64,000 bases of DNA from Syntrophorhabdaceae bacterium (GTDB lineage: Bacteria > Desulfobacterota > Syntrophorhabdia > Syntrophorhabdales > Syntrophorhabdaceae): positions 2,496,001 to 2,560,000 of the forward strand of contig OY762209.1 in the NCBI GenBank assembly GCA_963665295.1, in the 5' to 3' direction. The notes below the pieces were generated by a model that made no database searches, was not told the DNA's origin, and saw only the letters and a program-made list of their open reading frames with translations. Below are positions 27,062 through 36,377 of the stretch, piece by piece. The stretch's first letter is position 1; each line of letters starts with the position of its first letter. Both the position numbers and the translations under genes were made by a program.

Positions 27062-27310
27062 TCAAAGATCAAGCGTTACTTTGTTGTTGCGCGCGTCTTC
27101 AGCCGCTCGGCTACAGGCCTGCAGGCGAGCGTTATCGGGCCAGTACCCCAGTATCTCCGCCAGCATCGCTGCCACCTCAATCGATTTAGGGAACTGCTTT
27201 TTGGTAACTGCATACTTCTTGGCGTCAGGATTTCCCCCGACGTTCGAGACCGTGACCCGGACATAAGTGTCAATCGCCTCAATCGTCACACTACCCAGTC
27301 TATATTTCAT
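27062..27310 (-). CDS. Hypothetical protein
   Basis: GAGGAG RBS. Confidence 0.55.
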   Translation of the reverse strand: MKYRLGSVTIEAIDTYVRVTVSNVGGNPDAKKYAVTKKQFPKSIEVAAMLAEILGYWPDNARLQACSRAAEDARNNKVTLDL

Positions 27311-27396
27311 ACGCTCCTCGCCATTTCCTGCTGGTTCTGGTGGCGGTAGTTCGGGATCATGCTGTCGATGTCGATAAGGAGGATGTCCATTCCCAT
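27307..27396 (-). pseudogene. Possible internally deleted gene remnant
   Basis: MGMDILLIDIDSMIPN resembles the N-terminus of a phage radical-SAM-like family but stops after 29 aa. Confidence 0.35.
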
Positions 27397-27399
27397 TCC

Positions 27400-27621
27400 C
27401 TACACCACCTTCACAAATACGCGGACGGGAAAGGAGCCGTCGTCGCGGGCCCGCATGAACTCGCGGCCCGTGTTACAGATCCTTCCCATCTGGTCGATGG
27501 CGAGCGTTGATCCGTCGGTACGGTTGTACTGCCTGAACAAACTCTGGGCCTTGGCAACCCATTGGCCGAACGACGCAAACTGAAACAGTTCCTCTCCCAC
27601 GGTGATAGTGATTTGTTCCAT
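27400..27621 (-). CDS. Hypothetical phage protein
   Basis: GAGGAG RBS; coupled to upstream stop. Confidence 0.65.
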   Translation of the reverse strand: MEQITITVGEELFQFASFGQWVAKAQSLFRQYNRTDGSTLAIDQMGRICNTGREFMRARDDGSFPVRVFVKVV

Positions 27622-28145
27622 CAGTGATCTCCTCTCGCGTCGCCTATTTCCTTCGAAACCTCATATGCCTTCACCGGAACCTCGCAATAGACCGAGAGCT
27701 TGCACGCCACTTCGACGGCCTTCCTCGCGTCGTGACCCAGGTGCAGTGCAGCGAGGGCAAAATCCCTTCCCGCGCCTATTGCTGCGAAATCGGTGATCTC
27801 TTGAACGAAAAAACTTTCAATCTCAAAAACATGGGAATCCATCACAAGGAGATAGCTGTTTTCGACAGATGATTTCCCCGTCCTCTTGTGTTTCTATTCC
27901 ACGAACTCGGAGAGGAAATTCACGATCGCCGATTCTGTCGCACCTTCGGGTTTTCGTGTCGCACAAAAAGCCTGGAGCAAGCTTCCTTCCTCCGCTAATC
28001 CTACAGAGCCGAGGATAAGATCATTGACCTTCACCAGCTTGGAGTACTTGTTGGTATCCGTGGACTGTGTCCAGCCACGCACGATAATAGAATCGGCGGC
28101 TATTTCAATCTTGCCACCCCTTGCGGTAACTGCGATAACGCTCAT
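27621..28145 (-). pseudogene. HslV/proteasome-beta-like Ntn hydrolase interrupted by in-frame TAG at 27894-27896
   Basis: MSVIAV...IAADS...SKL and AIGAGRDFALAAL...AVEVAC halves are in the same frame. Confidence 0.75.
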
Positions 28146-28317
28146 CGGGCCTCCTACTTTTTTAGTGGTGAGGGGAGAGGACCTGTTCTCCCCTCGGTGC
28201 TGCTTATCGATTCGCCCATCCGGTACGCGGCTTCGGGTCTTCTGACGGCCCCTCAGGCTTGCGGCTTCTCCGCGCTCACGCCGCCCCATTCCGACCGGTT
28301 TCCAGGGCTCGTTGGAA

Positions 28318-28713
28318 TCATGGTAAATGAATGCCTGCATTTCTCAACACTTCGTCCGGGACATCGAAGAACCCTAGCTGTCCTTTGTAAGGGATCGGGT
28401 TATCGAAGCTCCGGGGTTTTGTGAAGAGAAAGCCGAAGGGGCCTGAAAACCACACGGACCGGCATTCCGACCCGACGCAACCCGCCATGTCCACCGTGCC
28501 GATGATCGCGCCCAGGGCGTACTTGCTCGGGGTGGGCATCCTGAGGCGGGGGAAATGGCGCTTCACCCACTTGTACCCCGCGTCATCGAAGGACAGGGAC
28601 GCATGGATAAGGAGCGGTCCGCGGTGGGGGTGAGTCCAACTCCTGTTCTCGACGGGTTTTTCACCGGCCGCGATGAGCCACGCCCAGGGCTGCCTGATGG
28701 AGAGGGCTTTCAT
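28318..28713 (-). CDS. ASCH-domain protein
   Basis: KALSIRQPWAWLI...GEKPVENRSW...LLIHAS...PIPYKGQLGFF. Confidence 0.9.
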   Translation of the reverse strand: MKALSIRQPWAWLIAAGEKPVENRSWTHPHRGPLLIHASLSFDDAGYKWVKRHFPRLRMPTPSKYALGAIIGTVDMAGCVGSECRSVWFSGPFGFLFTKPRSFDNPIPYKGQLGFFDVPDEVLRNAGIHLP

Positions 28714-29240
28714 TGGCATGAAGCACCTCCTTCCTCAAGGTAGCGGATCGGGCGGCCTATAAACTTGGCATACTCGATTTCATCGCGAGTCGATTCTCCG
28801 ATGTAGCCACCCACGTTCAACACAAAAACCTCGTCGGCGAGGTCTATCTTCCTTTTGTGGAGTTCATCAAGGGCCACCTTCTGCTTGGGCGTAGCTCCGA
28901 TATCTCCGCCGTGACGATTACGTGAAGCGTGCATGAAGAAACCCACGCTGAGTACGATTTTGCCGGACATGGTTTCCTGATAATTGGCCTCGTCAAAGGC
29001 ATCCTTGAATCGTGTAGAGCCACACAAGCACACTATTCTGGGTTTGTTCGTTCGAAGCGACCTTCCGAATTCCATCCACATCGCTTCGAACACCTCACGG
29101 TCGATGATGACGTAGTCCTGGGGGATTCCCAGTTTCGCCTGCATCGCAAGGTGCTCATGAATTACAAGCCTCCTGGATACAGCGGGCGCCGGTGTCGGCC
29201 GGGACGCACTCGGGGGTAATTGGTTGGACTCTTTCTTCAT
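28710..29240 (-). CDS. Nucleoside 2-deoxyribosyltransferase-like fold protein
   Basis: VCLCGSTRF...LHKRKIDLADEVFVLNVGGYIGESTRDEIEYA. Confidence 0.65.
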   Translation of the reverse strand: MKKESNQLPPSASRPTPAPAVSRRLVIHEHLAMQAKLGIPQDYVIIDREVFEAMWMEFGRSLRTNKPRIVCLCGSTRFKDAFDEANYQETMSGKIVLSVGFFMHASRNRHGGDIGATPKQKVALDELHKRKIDLADEVFVLNVGGYIGESTRDEIEYAKFIGRPIRYLEEGGASCQ

Positions 29241-29713
29241 GGTCTCTTTTCTCCTCTCAGCTTCTGAATCATTTCCCTATCCGGATGGCGATAGTTAATG
29301 AGCCACTCGGGCGTTTTGATTAATTTGCCGTTCTGGGTGATCTGGATCCTCGTGCCGATGTCGGGTTGATTGGGAAAAGCGGCTTCGTACTCCTTGAGAA
29401 GAGCGGCAATCCTGTCCTGCCATTCCACTGGCATGGCCTCCATGAAAACGCGGGGGAGGGTAAGGAACGACGCGTAAGAGAGATTGAACCAGCACTGCAA
29501 GTCGTCGCTCTGCGTAAAGCGGCCCTCCTCTTTCGGCGCGTCTTCGAGCGGGCATTTGGGGTGAATGGTGCCGGGAATGATCCGCTCATCCTTGGGTCCT
29601 TCGTCGTGGTCGCACTCGTACCAGGACCACAATCCTTGCGTAACCTCAATGCAGTAAGGGCAATGAATCATCTCTTGCGACCAACATTTGTCGATTCTGA
29701 TGATTTTAGACAT
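29237..29713 (-). CDS. Hypothetical phage protein with N-terminal Cys motif
   Basis: CPYC...HPKCPL; WFNLSYASFLTLPR...YRHPD. Confidence 0.7.
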   Translation of the reverse strand: MSKIIRIDKCWSQEMIHCPYCIEVTQGLWSWYECDHDEGPKDERIIPGTIHPKCPLEDAPKEEGRFTQSDDLQCWFNLSYASFLTLPRVFMEAMPVEWQDRIAALLKEYEAAFPNQPDIGTRIQITQNGKLIKTPEWLINYRHPDREMIQKLRGEKRP

Positions 29714-29727
29714 TAGTGTCTCTCCTT

Positions 29728-31062
29728 TCATCCGGCCAAGAGTGCGAGGCACAGGGCCTTCGCTGTCCTTCGCGGTACCGCGTTGCCGATCTGTTTCACC
29801 TGATCGGCGATCGTACCGCTCAACTTGTACTGACGAAGACTTGTTGCCGCCGCAAGCTCGCGTGGCTTCAACATGCGGAATCTGATGTCAATTTGATATT
29901 CAGCCGTCACTTCCACGAGGCCGAAGCGGTCCTTAGTTGTAATCGCATCGAGAGGCTCGTCGATGCTCTTCGCGGCTGAGTTGCCATAGTACTTAACGAG
30001 GAAGGGCTCAACCAGGGCTATGTGAGAATGTGTCGTGATTGCGGGTAACGGTCTATCACAGGCTCTTGCGCTGCCCTTGCCCTTCATCACCGCGAGAAAA
30101 GGTTCACAGAGATACAGGTGCGGGTTCGTGGTGATCGTGGGAAGAGGTTCATCGAGTCCTCTCACCGTGCTCTGCCCTTTCATAATCGTGATGAATGGCT
30201 CGGCAAGTGCTATGTGCTGCCCACCCGCCGTTATTGTGGGAAGAGGACGGTCTACCGACCTGGCTTTATTTGTTCCATAAAGCATGATCAAAAAGGGTTC
30301 GGCGTTTTTACCTCCGAATTTCTTGAGGCCAGCCTCTATTCTTGCCATGGTAGCGGGGACAAGGGGTTTTTTGCGGTTGAATATTGATCTGCTTTCTATC
30401 GAGAAATCTATGATCTCGCGAGCTGTGTGATACGGCTTCAGGCTTCCCATCCTGCCCGGCTCCCCATGGGTGATGTCGGGCCAAGTGATCTTCTTGTTGC
30501 CCCTGCAAGCCATAATGAAAAGCCTGTGCCTGTCCGTCGGATCGCCGTAGTCGGCGGTGTTGAGTATCCGGTCTTCCACGTTGTAGCCGAACGACCGGAG
30601 AGCGGTCAGAAACGCTTGATATGTCTCTCCCTTCCTTCTCTTCAGCGGCTTGCCGTTCGCCCCCGTGGGTCCCCAGTCCCGGAACTCCCGGACGTTCTCG
30701 ATAAGAACATTTTCTATCCGCAAGGTCTCGATCCATCGAAGGATGAGCCATGCGGATGCCCGCATTTGGTCGGACATGGGGCGGCCACCACGGGCAATGC
30801 TGTGGTGGGTACACTCGGGACTTGCGACGAGGATGTCGAGTTTTCCGGATTTGACCGCGTCTTCCGGACGGATCGCCTCCAACATTGCGCAGATGTGCCG
30901 CGCTTCCGGGTGGTTCGCCGCATGACTCTCGATCGCTACTTTCCAGTGATTTATGGCAAGGAGGTCCACCTTTTTTCCCAGGTTGTGACAGGCGTCGTAA
31001 AGCCCGGTGGAAGTACCGCCCGCCCCGCAAAACAGATCCACAGCCCTGATAACCTTGTCCAT
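29728..31062 (-). CDS. dcm: DNA (cytosine-5) methyltransferase
   Basis: DLFCGAGG, SPECTHHS, ENVREF, QIGNAVP; internal PLPTITT repeats. Confidence 0.95.
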   Translation of the reverse strand: MDKVIRAVDLFCGAGGTSTGLYDACHNLGKKVDLLAINHWKVAIESHAANHPEARHICAMLEAIRPEDAVKSGKLDILVASPECTHHSIARGGRPMSDQMRASAWLILRWIETLRIENVLIENVREFRDWGPTGANGKPLKRRKGETYQAFLTALRSFGYNVEDRILNTADYGDPTDRHRLFIMACRGNKKITWPDITHGEPGRMGSLKPYHTAREIIDFSIESRSIFNRKKPLVPATMARIEAGLKKFGGKNAEPFLIMLYGTNKARSVDRPLPTITAGGQHIALAEPFITIMKGQSTVRGLDEPLPTITTNPHLYLCEPFLAVMKGKGSARACDRPLPAITTHSHIALVEPFLVKYYGNSAAKSIDEPLDAITTKDRFGLVEVTAEYQIDIRFRMLKPRELAAATSLRQYKLSGTIADQVKQIGNAVPRRTAKALCLALLAG

Positions 31063-31238
31063 CAGCCCCCCGCTTCGTTGAGGTCTTTGATCGCGGCCCG
31101 CACGTGGGCCATTATCTTCTCGTCGGACAGGTCTTCGTCGGAGTAATCCGGGTAGAACTGCCGGTTGTGGCGGACATTCATAAGGTGGACCGCCCGGTTC
31201 ACTTCTATCTGAGCGTTTACCAGGGCCTGTTCTTTCAT
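31062..31238 (-). CDS. Small hypothetical protein
   Basis: MKEQALVNAQ start with GGAGG; coupled on both sides. Confidence 0.5.
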   Translation of the reverse strand: MKEQALVNAQIEVNRAVHLMNVRHNRQFYPDYSDEDLSDEKIMAHVRAAIKDLNEAGG

Positions 31239-31912
31239 CCTCGCACCTCCACGCGCAATCGCGCAGGATTGGGCTCTTCTTGGTGTTCCCTCTCGTTGGC
31301 GAGGCTTGCGCCTTCGCCTTTCGTGAGGATGTCTACGAGCCAGTACTTGTCTACCTTGCGGATATCTATCTGACCTACGTTGGCGATGATGAACTCCCTG
31401 ATCGCCTTTTCCTTGATGTACCACATGTCGCCGCCCTGGAGGGCCGTCCGTAACGTGCCCCTGCGGGACGCCTTGAGGTATCCGTACTCTATCCAACGGG
31501 TGATTGCCTTCACATCGAGGCCGAAACATTCGGCGACGGCGGAGGCCGAGTACCCTTCGAGGTTCTGAATGAAACGCATTCTCTTACGCTTAATGAATAT
31601 CCCCGAAGTAGACCGGGAGAATCCCGCCTTCTTGAGGTTGTGCTGAATCCTTTCTGGACAGAGGTGGGCGGACCGTTTGAGGATGTCCAGTTCCTTCTCG
31701 CACCACTCGGGCTCCTTGATGTGGGTTTCTACCACCCCCAGGTCACGGGCCCGACGGGATATTCTCCACCGGGGAAGATTGAGCCGCTTCGCTAGGTCCC
31801 GCACCTCTCCCTTTCCCGTGGTCCCCTCCCGATAGATCGCCCTGATCTGGGCATCCATGAAGGGGGTAAAAATGTACTTGGGTAGTCTACCTCGGGTGGA
31901 GGCTACCGGCAT
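31235..31912 (-). CDS. Multi-HTH DNA-binding protein
   Basis: LAKRLNLPRWRISRRA; YSASAVAECFGLDVKAITRWIEYGYLKA. Confidence 0.7.
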   Translation of the reverse strand: MPVASTRGRLPKYIFTPFMDAQIRAIYREGTTGKGEVRDLAKRLNLPRWRISRRARDLGVVETHIKEPEWCEKELDILKRSAHLCPERIQHNLKKAGFSRSTSGIFIKRKRMRFIQNLEGYSASAVAECFGLDVKAITRWIEYGYLKASRRGTLRTALQGGDMWYIKEKAIREFIIANVGQIDIRKVDKYWLVDILTKGEGASLANEREHQEEPNPARLRVEVRG

Positions 31913-32205
31913 GATGTCGCCTCCGTCGCGGGAGCCTGAGCCGCCCGTAGGTCCTTCTCCAGTTTCTCGTAAAGTAATTCCGCGACGTGGGCTATCTTGA
32001 AGCAATCCCGGAGCTGCTCCGCTTGGCCCCGCTGGCCCTTGCCGAACCTTTCAATGTATTTCCTGATCTCCTTCACGCAGTCCTCCGGTGTCCAATCAGA
32101 CGCCTTGTCCGTCGGGGCGTCGCCGTATTGTGCGACGGTATATTCCTCCACATGTCTGTGCACGAGGGTTGCGAATTCAATCCAGTTGTCACCGCGTTCA
32201 CTCAT
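31903..32205 (-). CDS. Hypothetical phage protein
   Basis: AAGGAGG RBS; overlap with next gene. Confidence 0.7.
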   Translation of the reverse strand: MSERGDNWIEFATLVHRHVEEYTVAQYGDAPTDKASDWTPEDCVKEIRKYIERFGKGQRGQAEQLRDCFKIAHVAELLYEKLEKDLRAAQAPATEATSCR

Positions 32206-32406
32206 CTTTCATTTCCTCCTTGAATTAATCCCGGACCATTTCCACTTCCATGGCACGGAGCAGGCCCATTGCCCTTTTTCTCTCGCGGGCCCACCACAGG
32301 TCGTGACAGGTCCTGCCGTCATCCCGAGGCTCGTGACAGAACCTTGCCCACGGGCGACGCGGCCTGAACGGCTTCCCGCAGTAGTCACATTTGGCGCGGC
32401 CTGCGT

Positions 32407-32814
32407 TCACCGGTAAGCCCGCCGGGGAAAGGGAGAGTCGCAAAGCACAATCCGAATGCGGCGGGCTCCTTCCTGGACAACACGCATCACATCCTCAAGA
32501 AGGTCTTCAACGCGGAGAGTGATAAAAAGCCTGTCGCGTCTCCGAATGCCGGCGGGGATGCCCCATTCTTCCCGGGAGCCTTCCTGCCGGTTTATTGCCC
32601 TTCGGTCGATGATGCGCATTTCGTCCAGCTCGACGAGGTCGTAGATCGTGCGGCCCGCGAAGATGATCCGCCGGCCGTCATGGTCCGTCCTGATAACGAG
32701 AGCGCGCCCGGCCTTCGAGTCGGCAGCCACCACGTTTTTGAGCCTCTTCCCGGTGAGGATGTCCATAACCTCGAACCTGTTCGGGTCGGGGTGCTTTTCA
32801 AAATCAATGACCAT
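32407..32814 (-). CDS. Hypothetical protein
   Basis: AAGGAGG RBS. Confidence 0.6.
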   Translation of the reverse strand: MVIDFEKHPDPNRFEVMDILTGKRLKNVVAADSKAGRALVIRTDHDGRRIIFAGRTIYDLVELDEMRIIDRRAINRQEGSREEWGIPAGIRRRDRLFITLRVEDLLEDVMRVVQEGARRIRIVLCDSPFPRRAYR

Positions 32815-33355
32815 TCGATACCTCCTTGCCCGCCCAAAACACGAGGCTCCTTTGGATGTCGCGTATCTGGTCCGCCATGGTCATCAAGACCTCGTTAAAC
32901 TGGGGACCTTCGTATCCCCCGGCTGAGCAGGCCTTTAAATACTGATCCTGAATTTCGTTGAGCTTCTCCGTGATCTTTTGGAGCTGGGAGGGTATTTCCG
33001 GAGGGGCGATTATCTTGAGGCCCAGAGGCAGTTCCCGGAGAAAGACAAGGGACTTGAGCCTTTCCATAGGGAGGTCTTCCAGGTCGAACGGCTGACCAAA
33101 GGCCCGAATCAGGGCTTTTTTCTTTTCCAGAAAGATGGCGGAATCGATCTCATCCTCCCGGGCGGGCCTGATGTCGACCAACCCGTGTTTGGATGTGTAG
33201 GCCCTGCCTTTGGGATCGAACCTGATGTTTTCTACTACGGCATAGCCCTTTTTCGTAACCATGTCGACCGGCAGTATCCCGAACGTGTGGGCGCCGCGAG
33301 CTTGCATGACGACCAACTGCCCTTCCTGCCATTTGTAACCGCCTGTTTTCATCAT
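32804..33355 (-). CDS. Hypothetical protein
   Basis: Coupled overlaps, RBS. Confidence 0.65.
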   Translation of the reverse strand: MMKTGGYKWQEGQLVVMQARGAHTFGILPVDMVTKKGYAVVENIRFDPKGRAYTSKHGLVDIRPAREDEIDSAIFLEKKKALIRAFGQPFDLEDLPMERLKSLVFLRELPLGLKIIAPPEIPSQLQKITEKLNEIQDQYLKACSAGGYEGPQFNEVLMTMADQIRDIQRSLVFWAGKEVSNGH

Positions 33356-33969
33356 TCCTCCCTTTTCCGCTTCTTTACCTGCATGGCGTACACGCTGATC
33401 GAATCCTGTGTGCTGCCGCCGTAGAGGTCCTCACCTTCGCGCTTGCGGACGTTGCCCCGGACTTCTATCAGGTCTCCGACCTCTATTTCGTAGTAGGCTT
33501 CGAGGTCGAAGAGGACCAACTCGAAGCGCTCGTCCGTTTCCCGCTCTTTCGTGGACCGTATGACTTCGAGGACTATCCGGCCCTCTCCATCGACCAGCTC
33601 CTTTTGGTCGAGTTCGCCGACGAGGATGAAGGCTGCCCGGGGGCCGCCCTTCGGCGAGGAGTCAAGGCGCTCGAAATCGTAGAAGAAATACGAGCTGTAC
33701 CGGATATTGTTTTCGCCGTCCGAATACTGCCCGTAATATCCTTTGAAACGGAAAAAATCCTTTTCGTGGCCCTTGAGGGCGCTCTTGAAGGCCTGGATCT
33801 TTTCCTTGCCCCAGAGACGACCGAAGGCCCTTACCGGACCGAAGTCGTGATTGGAGCAGTTTATCTCCAGGTCGAGAAAGGGGGTCTTCTTGTCCCTCGT
33901 GTGGCCGTCTTCTGCCTTCGTTACCCGGCCCCATACGTTTCCCTGGTTGTAGTGTTTGCCGCCGCTCAT
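33352..33969 (-). CDS. Possible tandem OB-fold ssDNA-binding protein
   Basis: NQGNVWGRV and AFILVGEL...VGDLIEVRGNV SSB-like halves. Confidence 0.5.
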   Translation of the reverse strand: MSGGKHYNQGNVWGRVTKAEDGHTRDKKTPFLDLEINCSNHDFGPVRAFGRLWGKEKIQAFKSALKGHEKDFFRFKGYYGQYSDGENNIRYSSYFFYDFERLDSSPKGGPRAAFILVGELDQKELVDGEGRIVLEVIRSTKERETDERFELVLFDLEAYYEIEVGDLIEVRGNVRKREGEDLYGGSTQDSISVYAMQVKKRKREE

Positions 33970-34271
33970 GCGGTCTCCTTTCTTCGCTCGTTAAGCCGCG
34001 CCGCGGCCCTTTCGACGAATCTTTTTATGTTTGTTTCCGCTGCCTTCATTTTTGCGGAGGCCTCTTCCATGCCGGTGACGTGACGGGCGAAGAAGGCCGC
34101 TTCCATTACGGCTGCTTGCTCCCAAATAGCGCGGAGATAGGAGGGGAGCCTCTCGGCGACCTGGGACCAGTCGATGGAGAGGGCGCGGGACGTCGTCATC
34201 AGCCACCGGGCAAGGGTGGGGAAACGCTCGTACAATGGGTCCCTCGTGCAATCTTCCGCAGCTTCTTCCAT
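33966..34271 (-). CDS. Hypothetical protein
   Basis: Start MEEAA with GGAGG. Confidence 0.55.
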   Translation of the reverse strand: MEEAAEDCTRDPLYERFPTLARWLMTTSRALSIDWSQVAERLPSYLRAIWEQAAVMEAAFFARHVTGMEEASAKMKAAETNIKRFVERAAARLNERRKETA

Positions 34272-34273
34272 CG

Positions 34274-34588
34274 TTATATCCTCCGTTGTAAGGCTTGCAG
34301 TGGTCCGGCGGCGGGGCAGGGAGATACCGGACGGGTTGACCTCCGGGCCTTTCGGGGGATGGAGATTCCCCGCCTGGAGGCTTCCATTTCGAGGCGGACT
34401 ATCCAGAGGAGGACGAACCACTCGTCCGGGGATTTCCGGGCCTGTATTTCGAGGCCTCGGACGGCGTTTATGATCTGCCTGGCCGTCATGCGGGAAAGCT
34501 CGATCCAGCGCCCACGGGCTGTCTTCCACCAGTATCCGAAAAGGCCTTCAACGAGTTGGGCGCGTCCTTTTGATGAGCCTCCCGGCAT
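34274..34588 (-). CDS. Hypothetical protein
   Basis: Start MPGG coupled to upstream stop. Confidence 0.55.
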   Translation of the reverse strand: MPGGSSKGRAQLVEGLFGYWWKTARGRWIELSRMTARQIINAVRGLEIQARKSPDEWFVLLWIVRLEMEASRRGISIPRKARRSTRPVSPCPAAGPLQALQRRI

Positions 34589-35544
34589 TAGATAGCCCCC
34601 TTCTGGAAATCGGACTGCATCCGGCTCCAGGCTTCTTTGACCTCGTGCACTTCCATGGGAATGCAGAGATACTTCCATACCCCGTCGAGAATGATCATCA
34701 TGAGATCGATGAACGGCATGGGGGGCCGACCTCTGAGAATGGGGAGGACGGCAACGGCTATTACCTCAAGAATCGATGTGAGGATGATAGTTCTTGCCCC
34801 CAGGGCTCGCTTCAGCGCGAAGGCCTCATTGAAATCGTTTCGCTTGAATCGATGAAAAAGATGCAAAATAAGGGACCTGCGCGTGAGCGATGAGTGGGCG
34901 TAAGGTTCAGAACTGGTAAACAAGATCATGCCTTTCGGCGTAATCTCCTCCACGGCAGGCGACGGACCGGTTTCTTTCCCCATGGAACCCTCGGTCGCCA
35001 ACATCAAAGGCTTGGCCATCCTGAAACCGTCGAAGCCCAGCAGCGGAGTTTTCTCAAAGTCGCAAGAAATTAGTGAGGACGGAGCCAAGTAACTGTTCCC
35101 CGTCACAAGGGAGTTTATGATGCGAGCGGAAACAGTCTTTCCCGAGCCGATAGAACCTGATATGCAGAACAATGGCCGAGACAAGGCAAAATCGGCGAGG
35201 AAAATGGCGATCAGCCACGATATTACAAAGTAGATATCCGGCGGGGAACACGGAAGTGATTCCTGAAGAATCTCTTCCAGGAGAGCCATGCCTTCTTCCA
35301 TCGGGACGCTGTCATCAGGGTCCACGGGGGAGAAACGCACCGGCTGCCAGAGGAGGATACCTTCCTCATTGTAACCATTCGCCATGGGCCACACCCTAGA
35401 CTTTGTGCGTCGTCCGGTGTCGAGAGGGCCAATTCTGAAAATGTGCCGGTTGCGACTATTGACATTCACATAAACGACGCCCTTGCGGGTGTCCGTGTGA
35501 ATCCAGGAGGGTATCACCGTCATATCCGTTGGAGACCCCTTCAT
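34588..35544 (-). CDS. Stand-alone paralogue of the primase ATPase region
   Basis: WIHTD..VYVNVN..NGYNEEGILL and GSIGSGKT align with WIHTD..VYINLN..NGLNEDGVLL and GSTAAGKT of 23957-27025. Confidence 0.8.
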   Translation of the reverse strand: MKGSPTDMTVIPSWIHTDTRKGVVYVNVNSRNRHIFRIGPLDTGRRTKSRVWPMANGYNEEGILLWQPVRFSPVDPDDSVPMEEGMALLEEILQESLPCSPPDIYFVISWLIAIFLADFALSRPLFCISGSIGSGKTVSARIINSLVTGNSYLAPSSLISCDFEKTPLLGFDGFRMAKPLMLATEGSMGKETGPSPAVEEITPKGMILFTSSEPYAHSSLTRRSLILHLFHRFKRNDFNEAFALKRALGARTIILTSILEVIAVAVLPILRGRPPMPFIDLMMIILDGVWKYLCIPMEVHEVKEAWSRMQSDFQKGAI

Positions 35545-36275
35545 ATCTCGCCCACCCTTTGCATCTCTTCTTTCGTCGGACCCGTATAGACCACCGTGGA
35601 GTTGATCGATTTGTGACGGAGCTGACGCTGGGCGAGGAGAAGCGCCTTGTGGCGTTCCGTGTCGTCCAGGTGCTTCCTGTCGTTCATTATCCTTTGGCCT
35701 TTAGTGTGTCTCAGGGCGTGGGGAGTGTAGCGGGGGATACCGGACCGGGTGGTCCAGTAATCCATTAGATCGTTAAAGGAGCGGAGGGATAGCCTCCCGC
35801 CTTTCTTCGAAATGAACAGCGGAGAATCATCTTCAAGACCCTCCCGCCACTGTCGTTTGAGACGAAGAAAGTGCTTGAGTATGTCCTGCAGCTCGACGGG
35901 CAGGTAGACTTCCCCTACCGCCCCCTTTTCTGCGATCCGTTCGTCAACTATTATTTTGTCCTTCCCCATTACGTCGCCCACGTCGAGGGCGAGGACCTCA
36001 CCCCGGCGGAGTCCCGTGGACCGGCAGAGCTTCAAGAGCACGTAGTCGCGCTCCGCCTGTTTCCCTTTGGTGCCCTTGAGACAGTTAAAGAGGGTCTTCT
36101 CTTCCTGCACGGTGAGATAATTCGTCCCGGCCCGGCTCCGGCCCTGCTTCCTTTCGGGAGCCATTGCGGCGTCCAGGACAAAAACCTTGGGCGCGAGGGA
36201 GTGGAGAAGGACAGTCCAGGCGACGAGAGTTGCAGCCTGACTGGTAGGTGGGGCTTGTCTTGTTTCCGTGATCAT
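35541..36275 (-). CDS. Short tyrosine recombinase (catalytic domain only)
   Basis: TGLRRGE, HALRH, LRHKS, TVVY; no SAM-like N-domain. Confidence 0.85.
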   Translation of the reverse strand: MITETRQAPPTSQAATLVAWTVLLHSLAPKVFVLDAAMAPERKQGRSRAGTNYLTVQEEKTLFNCLKGTKGKQAERDYVLLKLCRSTGLRRGEVLALDVGDVMGKDKIIVDERIAEKGAVGEVYLPVELQDILKHFLRLKRQWREGLEDDSPLFISKKGGRLSLRSFNDLMDYWTTRSGIPRYTPHALRHTKGQRIMNDRKHLDDTERHKALLLAQRQLRHKSINSTVVYTGPTKEEMQRVGEI

Positions 36276-36377
36276 GATTGCCTCCGTATCATTGGTTTAG
36301 CCTCGTTTTAGGGGAGGGGAGGAAGGCCGAGGCTGGGCTCTTCGGGGCGCACACCCTATCCTCCCCCGGGGGTTACA

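Noticed and set aside
27894..27896. Genome-wide TAG recoding
   Set aside because: Other phage genes are intact in the standard code, and TAG terminates terS at the terL overlap
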